DNA of 64,000 nt from Candidatus Thiodiazotropha sp. (GCA_040793985.1 JBFNJI010000046.1:226-64225); one strand, 5' to 3'. Shown: positions 35,414 through 46,605, counted from the stretch's first letter. The notes: generated by a model from the sequence alone, not told the origin. A program made the numbers and translations.

Positions 35414-37804
35414 TTAGCCGGTCAATGCAGCGAAAACACTCGGTAATCTCTCGGGTAGACGCTCCACATTGTCTACGATGGAGTAGCCGTTTTCGCCGAA
35501 GATCCTCGCCACGTAGCGGTCCGCATTGGGATCCAGGGTCAGGCAGTAGGTGTAGACACCCTGCATGGCCAGGTCCTCCACAGCCTTCTTGGCGTCGTGG
35601 CGCAGATACTGTGGATCCCGTTCATCGATATCGGCCGGTTCACCATCGGTAACGAGCAACACCAGGCGTTTCTGCGCATTCTGCTGGGTCAGGTGCCAGC
35701 CGGCATGACGCAGGGCGGCACCCATACGGGTGGAAAGGCCACCCTTCATGCCGGCCATACGCGATTTGGCTTCGTCATCGTAGGTTTGCTCGAAATCCTT
35801 GAAGCGGTAGTACTGCACGTCGTGACGGCCGTCTGAGGCAAAACCGTGTACTGCAAAGTTGTCGCCGATGGAGTCGATGGCCCAGGAGAGCAGGCCGGCC
35901 GACTCGCGTGTGAGATCCAGGATGCTGTCTTGATCCTCGTAACCCTCTTCACCTTCGGCGATATCGCCGATCTTCTCATTGGTTGATTCGGAGAGGTCGA
36001 GCAGCAGCACAATCGACAGATCGCGTATGTGGCGTGTGATGCGAATATTGATCCGCGGATCTGGCATAACCCCGCGACGGATATCGATCATCGCCCGAAT
36101 CGCCGCGTTCAGATCCAGCTCCTCGCCTTCCTCGTAGCCGCGACGACGTACGATACCCTGCGGTTGGAGTGCATCGATCAGGTGGCGGATGCGCGAGGCG
36201 ATCGGCTTATGTTTGGTCAGGATCTCATCCATGATTTCGGGATCGCCAACACCCTGTCTGCGCTCGATCACCGTGGCCCAGTCGGGTCGTGCGAGCTGTA
36301 CGTGGTAGTCCCACTCGTTGTAGTGGTAGGGGGCGGAGACCGGCTCGACGCCCTCGCTCTCGTTCCAGCTCTTGGTGGTCTCCAGGTCATCCTCATAGGG
36401 GAACAGTTCGGATGAGAGCACAAGAATTTCGTCCGGGTTGTCGTGGGTCATCTCGGAATCGATCTCGTTGACGAACTCCATGATATTGACATGTCGCCGT
36501 ACCGTGCCGCGGGTTGCCGGCATGTAGTCGACACCCTGGGATTCGAACATGTTTTCAGAGAACTCCCAGAAGTAGCGGTTGTCATCCCGGTAGGGGATCG
36601 GCCATTCGCTGAGGATGCGCACGCTGGGTATCTTGGCGATCTCAACGATCCGGTTGTAGAAGTCGATACCGGCCATCCAGGCCATCCGCGGGTTGTAGGG
36701 ATCCTCCTCCAGTTGCGCATAGTAGTCGTCGGCAACCTGGTTGATGACCTCCAGTTCGTCACGATAGTCACGGTCCATGATCGCACGGGTGGTGCGCATC
36801 ATCAGATCCATGGTTTCGTGGGGCTTGCCAAACTCGTCGTTCTCCCCCGGCTTGGCGGCGAAAAACTGCAGCCAGAGCTTTCGCAGACCTGGAAATTCGC
36901 TGTAGGCAAGGTACTCGACGCGGGCATCCTCGAAGAGTTCGATCATACGCATCTGCGCCTGGGAGAGCTGTTCGGCTGAGATCTGTTCGCGGGTGTAGAC
37001 CATGTGCGCGGCCGCATGCGCCGCGGTTGCGCGGTAGATCTCCATGCCGTCGATACCTCGGAATGGATCGTAGGCGTCCGGCACGTGGATCTGGAAATCC
37101 TCGATATAGGGACGAATGCCCTGGCGCGATTCGAAGTCGCCGGCGGTGGGGCGCATGAAGAAGGCCCTGGCCCAGAGTGCCCGCAGGTAGAAGTTGAGTT
37201 TGCGCTGATTGTCGATAAAGAGAGTGCCACGCCTTTCCGACTGCAGAATAGAGCGGGATGATTCGGTCTGCAGACCGAAATAGGCAAGTTGACCGTCGAG
37301 ATCGCGCTGATGCGCCTGCGCACCCCACATGACCCAGCGGCGGAGCCCCCCCAGGGTCAGCTTGGAGAGCAGTTCGTCAAGATTTTCCATCATCGGGCGC
37401 AGACCGCGTGGGGCCTTGCCGGTCATCTGGTGCAGCAGTTTGAGGAAGCTGCGCATGACCTCGGCATCGCCAAGACGGGAGGCTGCAAGCGGTAGGCTTG
37501 CCAAGATCATGGTGATGACACTGCCGGAGGTGTGGGAAGAGAGTTTCATCATCGCCTCGACGATATCGGGGATGATGTCCTCGCCGACCTCCTTGGCAAC
37601 ACCCGGCATCTCCTGTACGTAGGTCAGAACCAGGTCCTGGCCGCGACCGAGGGTGCAGAAGGCACGCATGCCTTCGAGATAGTTCTGCAGGCCGCGTGGC
37701 GACATGACGCGTTGCGCCTCGTGGTAGGAGGATTCGAGCGCTTCGGCGTGCTCGTGATCGCCCTCTTCGAGACAGGTGACGTATTCTGAGAAATCGACAC
37801 TCAT
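35414..37804 (-). CDS. cbbO: RuBisCO activase adaptor CbbO (VWA domain)
   Basis: C-terminal VWA LLLDLSESTN, STRMGAALRHA, LLVTDGEPAD; follows cbbQ. Confidence 0.95.
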   Translation of the reverse strand: MSVDFSEYVTCLEEGDHEHAEALESSYHEAQRVMSPRGLQNYLEGMRAFCTLGRGQDLVLTYVQEMPGVAKEVGEDIIPDIVEAMMKLSSHTSGSVITMILASLPLAASRLGDAEVMRSFLKLLHQMTGKAPRGLRPMMENLDELLSKLTLGGLRRWVMWGAQAHQRDLDGQLAYFGLQTESSRSILQSERRGTLFIDNQRKLNFYLRALWARAFFMRPTAGDFESRQGIRPYIEDFQIHVPDAYDPFRGIDGMEIYRATAAHAAAHMVYTREQISAEQLSQAQMRMIELFEDARVEYLAYSEFPGLRKLWLQFFAAKPGENDEFGKPHETMDLMMRTTRAIMDRDYRDELEVINQVADDYYAQLEEDPYNPRMAWMAGIDFYNRIVEIAKIPSVRILSEWPIPYRDDNRYFWEFSENMFESQGVDYMPATRGTVRRHVNIMEFVNEIDSEMTHDNPDEILVLSSELFPYEDDLETTKSWNESEGVEPVSAPYHYNEWDYHVQLARPDWATVIERRQGVGDPEIMDEILTKHKPIASRIRHLIDALQPQGIVRRRGYEEGEELDLNAAIRAMIDIRRGVMPDPRINIRITRHIRDLSIVLLLDLSESTNEKIGDIAEGEEGYEDQDSILDLTRESAGLLSWAIDSIGDNFAVHGFASDGRHDVQYYRFKDFEQTYDDEAKSRMAGMKGGLSTRMGAALRHAGWHLTQQNAQKRLVLLVTDGEPADIDERDPQYLRHDAKKAVEDLAMQGVYTYCLTLDPNADRYVARIFGENGYSIVDNVERLPERLPSVFAALTG

Positions 37805-37865
37805 AACACAGTACTCGCTGGCTTCTTATAACCGTCCGTAAAGTTACCAATCGACAGTTGGCCAT

Positions 37866-37888
37866 GGTGCGGCAGGGCCGCACCCTAC
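37866..37888 (-). repeat. GTAG-type REP-like palindrome
   Basis: Minus strand GTAGGGTGCGGCCCTGCCGCACC: GTAG followed by a GGTGCGG/CCGCACC stem; single copy in the window. Confidence 0.5.
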
Positions 37889-38016
37889 CCATTCCACTCC
37901 GTTGAGGAGCAGGGGGTCGATCAACCGCTCAAGCCCGTAGGTTGGCTGGGCAGAGCGGTGTCAAAGGCGAATAGCTTCATTTGCATCTATTCGCGTTCAT
38001 TTGCGGACTTATACAA

Positions 38017-38823
38017 TCAAAAATAGGTATTCACCGCAGCGCTCAGGGTATCGCGCATATCCGGATCGTCGGTCAGCGGTGTCACCAGCGCCATCTGACA
38101 GGCGGATTGAGTGTCGATGCCCTTCGTGACCAGCTGCGCCGCGTAGACCAGAAGACGGGTTGACATGCCTTCATCCAATCCGTGTCCTTTCAGGTTGCGG
38201 GAGCGCTGGGCGATCTGCACCAGCTTCTCTGCGGTCTCCTGGTCGACGCCGCCTTCATGGGCCACGATTTCGGTCTCTACCGCGGTCTCCGGATAGTCGA
38301 AGTCCATGCCACCGAAACGCTGCTTGGTGGACTGTTTCAGATCCTTCATCAGAGACTGATAGCCCGGGTTGTAGGAGATAACGATCTGGAAGTCGGGATG
38401 AGCCTTTAACAACTCGCCCTTTTTCTCCAGCGGCAGTTCCCGGCGATGGTCGGTCAGGGGATGGATCACCACGGTGGTGTCCTGGCGTGCCTCGACCACC
38501 TCGTCGAGATAGCAGATGGCACCGATGCGGGCGGCCACGGTCAGGGGACCGTCCTGCCACTTGGTGCCGTTGATATCGAGCAGGAAGCGACCGACCAGAT
38601 CGGAGGCGGTCATGTCCTCGTTACAGGCGACGGTGATCAGCGGCTTCTGCAGCTTCCAGGCCATGTATTCGACGAAGCGGGACTTGCCGCAACCGGTAGG
38701 GCCCTTCAACATCACCGGCATACGAGCATCGTATGCGGCTTGATACATCTCAACCTCATTATGCACGGGGCGGTAATAAGGCTCCTCTGTGATCGTGAAT
38801 TGATCGCGGTCGATATCGCTCAT
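38017..38823 (-). CDS. cbbQ: AAA+ RuBisCO activase CbbQ
   Basis: [31 protein letters not shown] and STRLLVYA motifs. Confidence 0.97.
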   Translation of the reverse strand: MSDIDRDQFTITEEPYYRPVHNEVEMYQAAYDARMPVMLKGPTGCGKSRFVEYMAWKLQKPLITVACNEDMTASDLVGRFLLDINGTKWQDGPLTVAARIGAICYLDEVVEARQDTTVVIHPLTDHRRELPLEKKGELLKAHPDFQIVISYNPGYQSLMKDLKQSTKQRFGGMDFDYPETAVETEIVAHEGGVDQETAEKLVQIAQRSRNLKGHGLDEGMSTRLLVYAAQLVTKGIDTQSACQMALVTPLTDDPDMRDTLSAAVNTYF

Positions 38824-38944
38824 CTTCCTCTCCGGGTCTGCTAGGAGTTTTGAGTGTTGAATTATGGGTTTTTGATTGTCTTTGTTTCACCACGCTGGGA
38901 TCACACAAAAAGTAAAACCCATAACTCAAGACTGAAAACAGTTG

Positions 38945-38980
38945 CAAGGTCCCGCCCGCCGAACCGGGGGCGGGACCTTG
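38945..38980 (-). terminator. Strong hairpin between cbbS and cbbQ (terminator or mRNA-stabilising stem)
   Basis: 13-bp perfect stem CAAGGTCCCGCCC/GGGCGGGACCTTG; the U-tract is weak. Confidence 0.55.
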
Positions 38981-39002
38981 TCCGCTAATTTCCCTTCAGA
39001 AA

Positions 39003-39359
39003 TTAAGCGGGTGTACCACGGTAGATAACCATGGAAGCACCGGCGCACTGGGCGTAGTTGTCCAGGCCCAGCAAACGAACATGGTTGTTCGGATGGGCTT
39101 TGTGACAGGCTTCACACTCGGCCAGGATGGCATCTACGTCGGTCTCACCGAACATCGGCAGTTTCCACATGTACCAGTAGGAACCGGTGGCGTTCTGCGG
39201 CTCGGTGTGCTCGATGGAGGGGTTCCAGCCCTTGGAGACGATGAACTCGATCTGCTTGCGAATCTGATCGGCGTCCATGGCCGGCAGGTAGGAGAAGGTC
39301 TCGAACTTGCGGCTGGCAGTATCGGTAAGACTGGATTGATAGTCTTGCATTTCACTCAT
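39003..39359 (-). CDS. cbbS: RuBisCO small subunit (form IAq-type)
   Basis: [27 protein letters not shown] and HVRLLGLDN; N-terminal extension; linked to cbbQO with no carboxysome genes. Confidence 0.97.
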   Translation of the reverse strand: MSEMQDYQSSLTDTASRKFETFSYLPAMDADQIRKQIEFIVSKGWNPSIEHTEPQNATGSYWYMWKLPMFGETDVDAILAECEACHKAHPNNHVRLLGLDNYAQCAGASMVIYRGTPA

Positions 39360-39402
39360 TGGTCTATTCCTCTAAATGTCGAATTTGATTGGGTCGATTC
39401 AC

Positions 39403-39428
39403 TGATGACCGGCAACCGCCGGTCATCA
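39403..39428. other. Stem-loop in the cbbL-cbbS spacer
   Basis: 11-bp perfect stem TGATGACCGGC-AACC-GCCGGTCATCA. Confidence 0.6.
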
Positions 39429-39440
39429 ATTGACTGGCCA

Positions 39441-40859
39441 TTACTTATGGGAAACGTCCAGCTTGTCGACGGTATCGAATTCGAACTTGATCTCTTTCCA
39501 GGTCTCCATAGCCGCTTTCAGCTCTGGGCTGGACTTGGCAGCGTTGGTAAGGATGTCCTTGCCTTCCTTCTCCAGCTCACGACCCTGGTTACGAGCCTCG
39601 ACACAGGCCTCAACCGCAACACGGTTGGCAGCCGCGCCAGCCGCGTTGCCCCAGGGATGACCCAGGGTACCGCCACCGAACTGCAGTACGGAATCGTCGC
39701 CGAAGATGCTGACCAGCGCAGGCATGTGCCATACGTGGATACCACCGGAAGCGACCGGCAGTACGCCAGGCATGGAGCCCCAGTCCTGATCGAAGAAGAT
39801 ACCGCGGCTGCGGTCTTCCTTGATGTAGCTGTCGCGCATGATGTCGATCCAGCCCAGGGTAGCGTCACGGTCGCCTTCCAGCTTACCGACAACGGTACCG
39901 GAGTGGAGGTGATCACCGCCGGAGAGACGCAGGGCCTTGGTCAGTACGCGGAAGTGGATACCGTGATGGGGGTTACGGTCGAGAACCGCATGCATCGCAC
40001 GATGGATGTGCAGCAGCATGCCGTTGTCACGACACCACTGGGCCAGACCGGTGTTGGCAGTGAAACCGCCGGTCAGGTAGTCGTGCATGATGATCGGTGC
40101 GCCCAGCTCTTTGGCGTACTCGGCACGTTTGTACATCTCTTCGGGGGTCGGCGCGGTTACGTTCAGGTAGTGACCCTTGCGCTCACCGGTTTCCGCCTCT
40201 GCCTTGTGGATGGCTTCAACAACGTAGTTGAAGCGCTCACGCCAGCGCATGAAAGGCTGGGAGTTGACGTTCTCGTCGTCCTTGGTGAAGTCAAGACCGC
40301 CGCGCAGACCTTCGTAGCAGGCGCGACCGTAGTTCTTGGCGGAGAGGCCCAGCTTGGGCTTGATGGTACAACCCAGCAGCGGACGACCGTACTTGTTCAT
40401 CTTGTCGCGCTCGGACTGGATGCCGTGAGGCGGACCGTTACAGGTCATCACGTAGGCCAGCGGGAAGCGTACGTCTTCCAGACGCAGGGCACGCACGGCC
40501 TTGAAGCCGAATACGTTACCGACCAGGGAGGTAAATACGTTGACTACGGAGCCTTCCTCGAACAGATCGATCGGATAAGCGATGAAGGCGTAGAAGCAGG
40601 TGTCGTCACCGGGGACGTCTTCAATGGCATAGGCGCGACCTTTGTAGTAGTCGAGGTCGGTCAGCAGATCGGTCCAAACGGTGGTCCAGGTACCGGTGGA
40701 AGACTCGGCAGCAACGGCTGCTGCGGCCTCTTCACGGGGTACACCAGGCTGCGGGACAACCTTGAAGCACGCCAGGATATCGGTGTCGGCCGGGGTATAC
40801 TCCGGCATCCAGTATGTTTCGCGGTACTCTTTTACGCCCGCATCATATTTCTTGGCCAT
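39441..40859 (-). CDS. cbbL: RuBisCO large subunit, form IA
   Basis: [42 protein letters not shown] and [13 protein letters not shown]; 472 aa. Confidence 0.99.
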   Translation of the reverse strand: MAKKYDAGVKEYRETYWMPEYTPADTDILACFKVVPQPGVPREEAAAAVAAESSTGTWTTVWTDLLTDLDYYKGRAYAIEDVPGDDTCFYAFIAYPIDLFEEGSVVNVFTSLVGNVFGFKAVRALRLEDVRFPLAYVMTCNGPPHGIQSERDKMNKYGRPLLGCTIKPKLGLSAKNYGRACYEGLRGGLDFTKDDENVNSQPFMRWRERFNYVVEAIHKAEAETGERKGHYLNVTAPTPEEMYKRAEYAKELGAPIIMHDYLTGGFTANTGLAQWCRDNGMLLHIHRAMHAVLDRNPHHGIHFRVLTKALRLSGGDHLHSGTVVGKLEGDRDATLGWIDIMRDSYIKEDRSRGIFFDQDWGSMPGVLPVASGGIHVWHMPALVSIFGDDSVLQFGGGTLGHPWGNAAGAAANRVAVEACVEARNQGRELEKEGKDILTNAAKSSPELKAAMETWKEIKFEFDTVDKLDVSHK

Positions 40860-41174
40860 GTTAACGATTCCTCCAGATTTAGGATTGCGTTGCCTTGAAA
40901 TACAGCTTGTGGAAAAAACTTTCCATGCTGCCAGTCAAAAAAAATCTTTGTCTAAATAACCTTAAACAAGGTGCAGGTAGTATAGGGGGGTAGGCGCTTA
41001 TGTGAAGTCAGATCTTTTAATTGGAATCATAAGGTAAAACTTATATCATATGCAGGAGACGGATAAATTTCCTGATAATTCCGTTTTATGGGCTCATGTC
41101 TGAAACAGAGATCGAGGTTGGGCGCCATGACGGGACCGTACCCGAGCGATTGAGCAAATGAGAGAAGGCTATTC

Positions 41175-42083
41175 ATGCACACAACTTTGAGGCAGATGCG
41201 GGTCTTCACCACTGTCGCCAGTCACCTGAACTTTACCCGTGCGGCACAGGAACTCCATCTCAGTCAGCCGGCGGTTTCGATGCAGGTCAAGCAGCTCGAG
41301 GAATCGGTGGGGCTTCCCCTGTTTGAGCATGCCGGCAAGAAGATCCAGCTCACCGAGGCCGGTAGAGAGATGTATCAGTATGTGCGGACCATCTTCCAGA
41401 CTTTCGAAGAGATGGAGGAGGTCTTGGATGCATTGAAGGGGCTGGATACGGGGCGCATCAATATTGCCGTGGCCAGCACGGTCAACTATTTTGCACCGAG
41501 ACTGCTCGCCGGCTTCAGTCGCCAATATCCTGGGATCGACCTGAGCCTGGATGTCACCAACCGTGAACGGTTGATGGGCCTGCTGAAGAACAACGAGATC
41601 GATGTCGTGCTGATGGGCTTGCCTCCGGAGGATATAGACCTGGTCTATGAGCCCTTCATGGAGAATCCGCTGGTGGTGATCGCGCCACCGGGGCATGCGC
41701 TGCAGCATGAGCGGAATATCCCGGCACAACGTCTGGCAGACGAGCTGTTCATCATGCGTGAGGAGGGTTCAGGCACCCGGCTGGCCATGGAGCGTTTTTT
41801 CACTGAACAGTCGATCCCCCTCAGTACCGGGATGCAGATGACGCGAAACGAGGCCATCAAGCAGGCGGTACGTGCCGGCATGGGGTTGGGTGTGGTCTCC
41901 ACCCACACCATCGAACTGGAGGTGGAGACCGGCCGCCTGGTGGTGCTTGACGTGGTTGGATTTCCCCTGCGGCGTCACTGGTACATGGTCTATCGCAAGG
42001 GCAAGCGGCTCTCGCCACCGGCCAGGGCCTTCCACGATTTTGTGTTGGCGCAGGCCCGGCATATCAGGCAGGAGCCCGTGTAA
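41175..42083 (+). CDS. cbbR: LysR-family regulator CbbR
   Basis: LysR HTH (NFTRAAQELHLSQPAVSMQVKQLE); divergent from cbbL. Confidence 0.92.
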   Translation: MHTTLRQMRVFTTVASHLNFTRAAQELHLSQPAVSMQVKQLEESVGLPLFEHAGKKIQLTEAGREMYQYVRTIFQTFEEMEEVLDALKGLDTGRINIAVASTVNYFAPRLLAGFSRQYPGIDLSLDVTNRERLMGLLKNNEIDVVLMGLPPEDIDLVYEPFMENPLVVIAPPGHALQHERNIPAQRLADELFIMREEGSGTRLAMERFFTEQSIPLSTGMQMTRNEAIKQAVRAGMGLGVVSTHTIELEVETGRLVVLDVVGFPLRRHWYMVYRKGKRLSPPARAFHDFVLAQARHIRQEPV

Positions 42084-42284
42084 TCGTCGTTGATCCCACA
42101 GCTTCGCAGTATGACCGGGTCCGGTATCGGAATCCTTTGGGGCCCGCCTTGTTTATGGCTCAAGGGTTTATCGCCCATGGCATGCACGGACTTCCTGCTT
42201 GGGTTAAAATCAACTATTCAGCTCGAGCGTTGTCATAGCCAACCATGCAGCACCAATCTTTCACCGTTGTGAGGCCTCAAAAAA

Positions 42285-44198
42285 ATGGCGGATAGGGGCA
42301 AATCAGACCAAAACCCGGACAGACTGAGCGCATACCCCCTTCTGAGCGAAGTCAGACTGCCTCGTGAGCTGCGCCAGCTGGACCAGGTGAAGCTCAGGCC
42401 CCTGGCTGCAGAGATGCGGCGATTTCTCATCGAGTCCGTCTCCCAGACCGGGGGGCACCTGGCCGCAGGGCTCGGCGTGGTGGAGCTGACCATCGCCCTC
42501 CACTATGTCTTCAACACTCCCTATGACCGCCTGGTCTGGGATGTGGGGCACCAGGCCTATCCGCACAAGATCCTCACCGGTAGAGGGGATCGCATGGCCA
42601 GCCTGCGGCAAAAGGGAGGGCTCTCCGGATTTCCGAAGCGTGTTGAAAGCGAGTATGACACCTTCGGTACCGGCCACTCCAGCACCTCCATCGGCGCAGC
42701 CCTCGGTATGGCCGTGGCGGCTAAACAGAAGGGAGAAAAACGTAATGTGGTGGCGATTATCGGCGATGGCGCCATGGGGGCCGGGATGGCCTTCGAGGCC
42801 CTCAACCAGGCGGGTGCACTGGACCAGGATCTGCTGGTAATCCTCAACGACAACGATATGTCGATTTCGAAACCGGTGGGCGGCTTCAGCAATCACCTGG
42901 CCCGTCTGCTCTCGGGAAAGGTCTATACCAGCATGCGCGAAGGGGGCAAGTCGGCCCTTAGCCATCTCCCCCACCAGGTCGGTGATCTGGTCGGCAAATG
43001 GGAAGAGCACATGAAAGGCCTGGTAATGCCGGGGACCCTGTTTGAGGAGATGGGATTCAACTACATAGGCCCCATCGACGGCCATGATTTCGATACCCTG
43101 GTTGCCACCCTGCAGAACATGCGCAGCATGACCGGCCCCAGGCTACTCCATGTGGTGACCCAGAAGGGGAGGGGCTATAGCCACGCAGAGAGAGATCCCT
43201 GCGTCTACCACGGGGTGACCCCATTCGATCCCGATACGGGGAAGATGGAGAAGAGCGGCGGCGGCAAGACCTATACCCAGGTGTTCAGCGACTGGCTCTG
43301 CGCTGCCGCCAAACGGGACGACCGACTGGTGGCCATCACCCCGGCGATGTGTGAAGGCTCGGGCATGGTGGAGTACGCCAAGCACTATCCAAACCGCTAT
43401 TTCGATGTGGGCATCGCGGAACAGCATGCGCTCACATTTGCCGCCGGATTGGCCTGCGAGGGTTTGAAGCCGGTGGTGGCGATCTACTCCACGTTTCTCC
43501 AGCGCGCCTATGATCAGCTGATCCATGATGTATCGCTGCAGGACCTCGATGTGACCCTGGCGGTGGACCGGGCGGGACAGGTCGGTGCGGACGGAGCGAC
43601 CCACGCTGGCAGTTTTGACCTGAGTTATGCTCGCCTGATACCCAATATGGTGATAATGGCTCCGGGGGACGAGCGGGAGTGCAGCCGCCTGCTGCAGACC
43701 GCCTTCGACTATCAGGGTCCCGCCATGGTGCGTTACCCCCGGGGTAGCGGTCCCGGTGTGGAAATGGATGCCTCTGCCACAACCCCGCTGCCGATCGGCG
43801 AGGGTGAGATACTCCGCAAGGGCAACCGGGTGGCAATCCTGGTATTTGGCACGCTTCTGTCGACGGCGCATCGCGTGGCGGATCACTTGGACGCGAGCCT
43901 TGCCAATATGCGCTTTATCAAACCGTTGGATGGCAAACTGATCGATCAGCTGGCAGCCAGCCACCAGATTCTGGTCACCCTGGAGGAGAATGTGGTGATG
44001 GGCGGGGCCGGCTCTGCGGTGAATGAGTATCTGACTGCCGCCGGCCGGCAGTTGAGGGTACTCAATCTCGGATTACCCGATCGCTATATCGATCATGCCA
44101 GTCACCAGGAGCAGCTTGCAGAGGCCGGACTTGATTTCGATGGCATAGTTGCGGCCGTAGAGCGGGTCAACAGAGAGACGAAGTTACAAGTCGTCTGA
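42285..44198 (+). CDS. dxs: 1-deoxy-D-xylulose-5-phosphate synthase
   Basis: [46 protein letters not shown] and [11 protein letters not shown] motifs. Confidence 0.98.
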   Translation: MADRGKSDQNPDRLSAYPLLSEVRLPRELRQLDQVKLRPLAAEMRRFLIESVSQTGGHLAAGLGVVELTIALHYVFNTPYDRLVWDVGHQAYPHKILTGRGDRMASLRQKGGLSGFPKRVESEYDTFGTGHSSTSIGAALGMAVAAKQKGEKRNVVAIIGDGAMGAGMAFEALNQAGALDQDLLVILNDNDMSISKPVGGFSNHLARLLSGKVYTSMREGGKSALSHLPHQVGDLVGKWEEHMKGLVMPGTLFEEMGFNYIGPIDGHDFDTLVATLQNMRSMTGPRLLHVVTQKGRGYSHAERDPCVYHGVTPFDPDTGKMEKSGGGKTYTQVFSDWLCAAAKRDDRLVAITPAMCEGSGMVEYAKHYPNRYFDVGIAEQHALTFAAGLACEGLKPVVAIYSTFLQRAYDQLIHDVSLQDLDVTLAVDRAGQVGADGATHAGSFDLSYARLIPNMVIMAPGDERECSRLLQTAFDYQGPAMVRYPRGSGPGVEMDASATTPLPIGEGEILRKGNRVAILVFGTLLSTAHRVADHLDASLANMRFIKPLDGKLIDQLAASHQILVTLEENVVMGGAGSAVNEYLTAAGRQLRVLNLGLPDRYIDHASHQEQLAEAGLDFDGIVAAVERVNRETKLQVV

Positions 44199-44238
44199 GT
44201 CGGGTCTGATAGTTCGGTTTTGGCCTGGTGGGGACACC

Positions 44239-45018
44239 ATGATTGAGATTTCAGGCGTCAATGCCTTCGAAGACAACTATATCTGGATGCTACGGAATCC
44301 CTCCTCATCCCTGGCTGTCGCGGTGGACCCGGGCGATGAGATCCCGGTGCTGACTTGGTTGCGAAACAACGGCTGCCGTCTCAGCGCAATCCTGATTACA
44401 CATCACCATTATGATCACGTGGGCGGTATTGCTGAACTGTGTGAAGCCTACCCGGAGGCCGCTGTCTATGGCCCGGCAAACGAATCCGTACGCGGTGTGA
44501 CCCATCCCCTCAGGGAGGGTGATAGGCTGCAGATCGCCGGGCTGCAGGCCGATTTCCAGGTGTTGGAGGTACCGGGGCATACAGCCGGGCATATCGCTTA
44601 TTTTGGTGAGGGGGTGCTATTCTGTGGAGACACCCTGTTTGCCGCCGGCTGCGGTCGTGTATTTAGCGGTACCTTCGAGCAGCTCTCGGATTCGCTGCAG
44701 CGCATAGCCGCGCTACCGGGCGACACTCGGGTCTACTGCGCCCATGAGTATACCCTCGCCAATTTGGGATTTGCGCAGTGGGTAGAGCCGGAAAACAGCG
44801 ATTTGGCCCGTCGTATCGGGCGGGAGCAGGAAAAGCGGGAGGCGGGGTCGCCAACCGTGCCTTCAATACTCAGCGAGGAGTTGCTGACGAATCCCTTCTT
44901 GCGTACCACCGAAGATTTGGTTGTAAAGGCGGCGGAGCGGGCCTCAGGCCGCAGCCTGTCCACGCCCCGTGAGGTGTTTGCCGCACTGCGGCAGTGGAAG
45001 GACAGCAACTACGATTGA
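44239..45018 (+). CDS. gloB: Hydroxyacylglutathione hydrolase (glyoxalase II)
   Basis: THHHYDHVGG, PGHTAGH, FCGDTLFAAGCGR, CAHEYT and TNPFLR motifs. Confidence 0.93.
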   Translation: MIEISGVNAFEDNYIWMLRNPSSSLAVAVDPGDEIPVLTWLRNNGCRLSAILITHHHYDHVGGIAELCEAYPEAAVYGPANESVRGVTHPLREGDRLQIAGLQADFQVLEVPGHTAGHIAYFGEGVLFCGDTLFAAGCGRVFSGTFEQLSDSLQRIAALPGDTRVYCAHEYTLANLGFAQWVEPENSDLARRIGREQEKREAGSPTVPSILSEELLTNPFLRTTEDLVVKAAERASGRSLSTPREVFAALRQWKDSNYD

Positions 45019-45101
45019 TTTGTACTTGGGCCCGGTTCCAGATGAATTGGTTTCCCGCACAGCATGGCCGCATAGCCGCAAGGGCCATGCGGCCGATCGT
45101 C

Positions 45102-45974
45102 CTAGACGTTACGGGCGTCCATCATACGTTCGATAATGGGCTGCAAAATGATCTCCATGGCGAAGCCCATCTTGCCACCGGGCACGACGATGGTGTTGCG
45201 ACGTGACATGAACGAGCCATCGATCATCGACATCAGATACGGGAAGTCGGTATCGAACTTCTTTATATCGCTGAAACGGATAACGACGAAGCTCTCATCC
45301 GGTGTCGGGATGTCACGGGCGATGAAGGGGTTTGAGGTATCGACCGTGGGCACCCGCTGGAAGTTTATATCGGTACGGGAAAACTGCGGTGTGATGTGAT
45401 TGATATAATCGGGCATGCGACGCATGATCGTGTCGACAATTGCCTCTTCGCTGTAACCGCGCTCTGCATTGTCACGGAAGATCTTCTGGATCCATTCCAG
45501 GTTGACGATGGGTACCACGCCAACCCCCAGGTCCACATACTTGGCGACATCGACATCGCCATCAACCACCATCCCATGCAGGCCTTCATAAAAGAGCAGA
45601 TCTGTGTCCTGATCAATGGCTTCCCAGGGGGTGAATTCACCGGGCTGTTGGTCGCAACCGAGACGCGCATTGTGCTCGGCGGCTTCCTCCTGACTGTGCA
45701 GGTAGTAGCGTTTTTCTCCGCCTCCGGTTTCGCCATAGGTTTTGAAAAGTTCGGCAATCTTGTCGAACCGATTTGCTTCAGGGCCGAAATGGCTCATGCC
45801 TGCAGCCATTTTTTCGCGCATTTCAACCCGTGTATAGCGGTGGAAGCTGTCACCCTCGACAACGGCGGATTTGATGCCGTCCCGATAGAAGATATGTTCG
45901 AAGGCGCGCTTTACAGTGGTAGTACCGGCGCCTGATGAGCCGGTTACGGCGACCACAGGATGCTTTTTGGACAT
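45102..45974 (-). CDS. prk: Phosphoribulokinase (proteobacterial type)
   Basis: VTGSSGAGTTT, EGDSFHRY, LFYEGLHG, FQRVPTVDTSNPF and VPGGKM motifs; ATG at 45974. Confidence 0.97.
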   Translation of the reverse strand: MSKKHPVVAVTGSSGAGTTTVKRAFEHIFYRDGIKSAVVEGDSFHRYTRVEMREKMAAGMSHFGPEANRFDKIAELFKTYGETGGGEKRYYLHSQEEAAEHNARLGCDQQPGEFTPWEAIDQDTDLLFYEGLHGMVVDGDVDVAKYVDLGVGVVPIVNLEWIQKIFRDNAERGYSEEAIVDTIMRRMPDYINHITPQFSRTDINFQRVPTVDTSNPFIARDIPTPDESFVVIRFSDIKKFDTDFPYLMSMIDGSFMSRRNTIVVPGGKMGFAMEIILQPIIERMMDARNV

Positions 45975-46470
45975 GTGCTTCTCCCTCAATCAAATTCGTA
46001 ATATTGTTTTGCCCGGTTGGCCTTCAGGGAGGCTGTTTTGCTCTCTACCGGACAGGGTTCTTAGTAAAAATTGGTGCCAACTATAACACGGTAAATCCCG
46101 ATTTCCAGCGACAATGAGATGCATGTGGCGATTGATTCCTACGCCAGGAGTTGGCTAATGGCCGGCTAAAATTTTCTGATCGGCAATCACGGTCGGCTCT
46201 GGCGTGAAACTGGCGGGAATTGCATAAGCAATTGATAAATGAAAGTATTTTACCCTGTTGAGGAGCCGGTAAGTGGCAAGCCCTGAATGCGGGTTGGCAT
46301 TCAGCCAGATTTGGGGAGCGGTATTGGCAAGGCTGAGGAAATCATCGAGGGACTACCCGCTCTCAACCATCACGAAGAAATCGGCTGATTCGGTTGTAGT
46401 GCTCCTCTCCTGGCTTGATGTATGGGTCTTTTTGAGCAAATAGCCGCTATACGGCAGGTATGCGAATCGG

Positions 46471-46605
46471 CCAAACCATCAATGTTGTTATGTCGCCAAA
46501 CGGGCTGAATGCGCCACCCGCATTCGCGGCGACCGCGATATTGATGCAGGCCGAGAGGATACATTTCGGTTTGATCCCGCCCACGGCGAGGACCACCGCG
46601 CACAA
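46471..46605 (-). pseudogene. Isolated fragment of an NhaD-type Na+/H+ antiporter gene
   Basis: 45 codons reading LCAVVLAVGG..CINIAVAANAGGAFSPFGDITTLMVW, the NhaD signature, with no recognisable flanking antiporter sequence. Confidence 0.8.

Noticed and set aside
39081-40898. 605-aa ORF on the + strand
   Set aside because: Antisense shadow of cbbL/cbbS caused by codon bias; no recognisable protein features
35414-42083. Carboxysome (cso) operon
   Set aside because: No shell or csoS genes; cbbLS is followed by cbbQO, the ordinary form IAq layout
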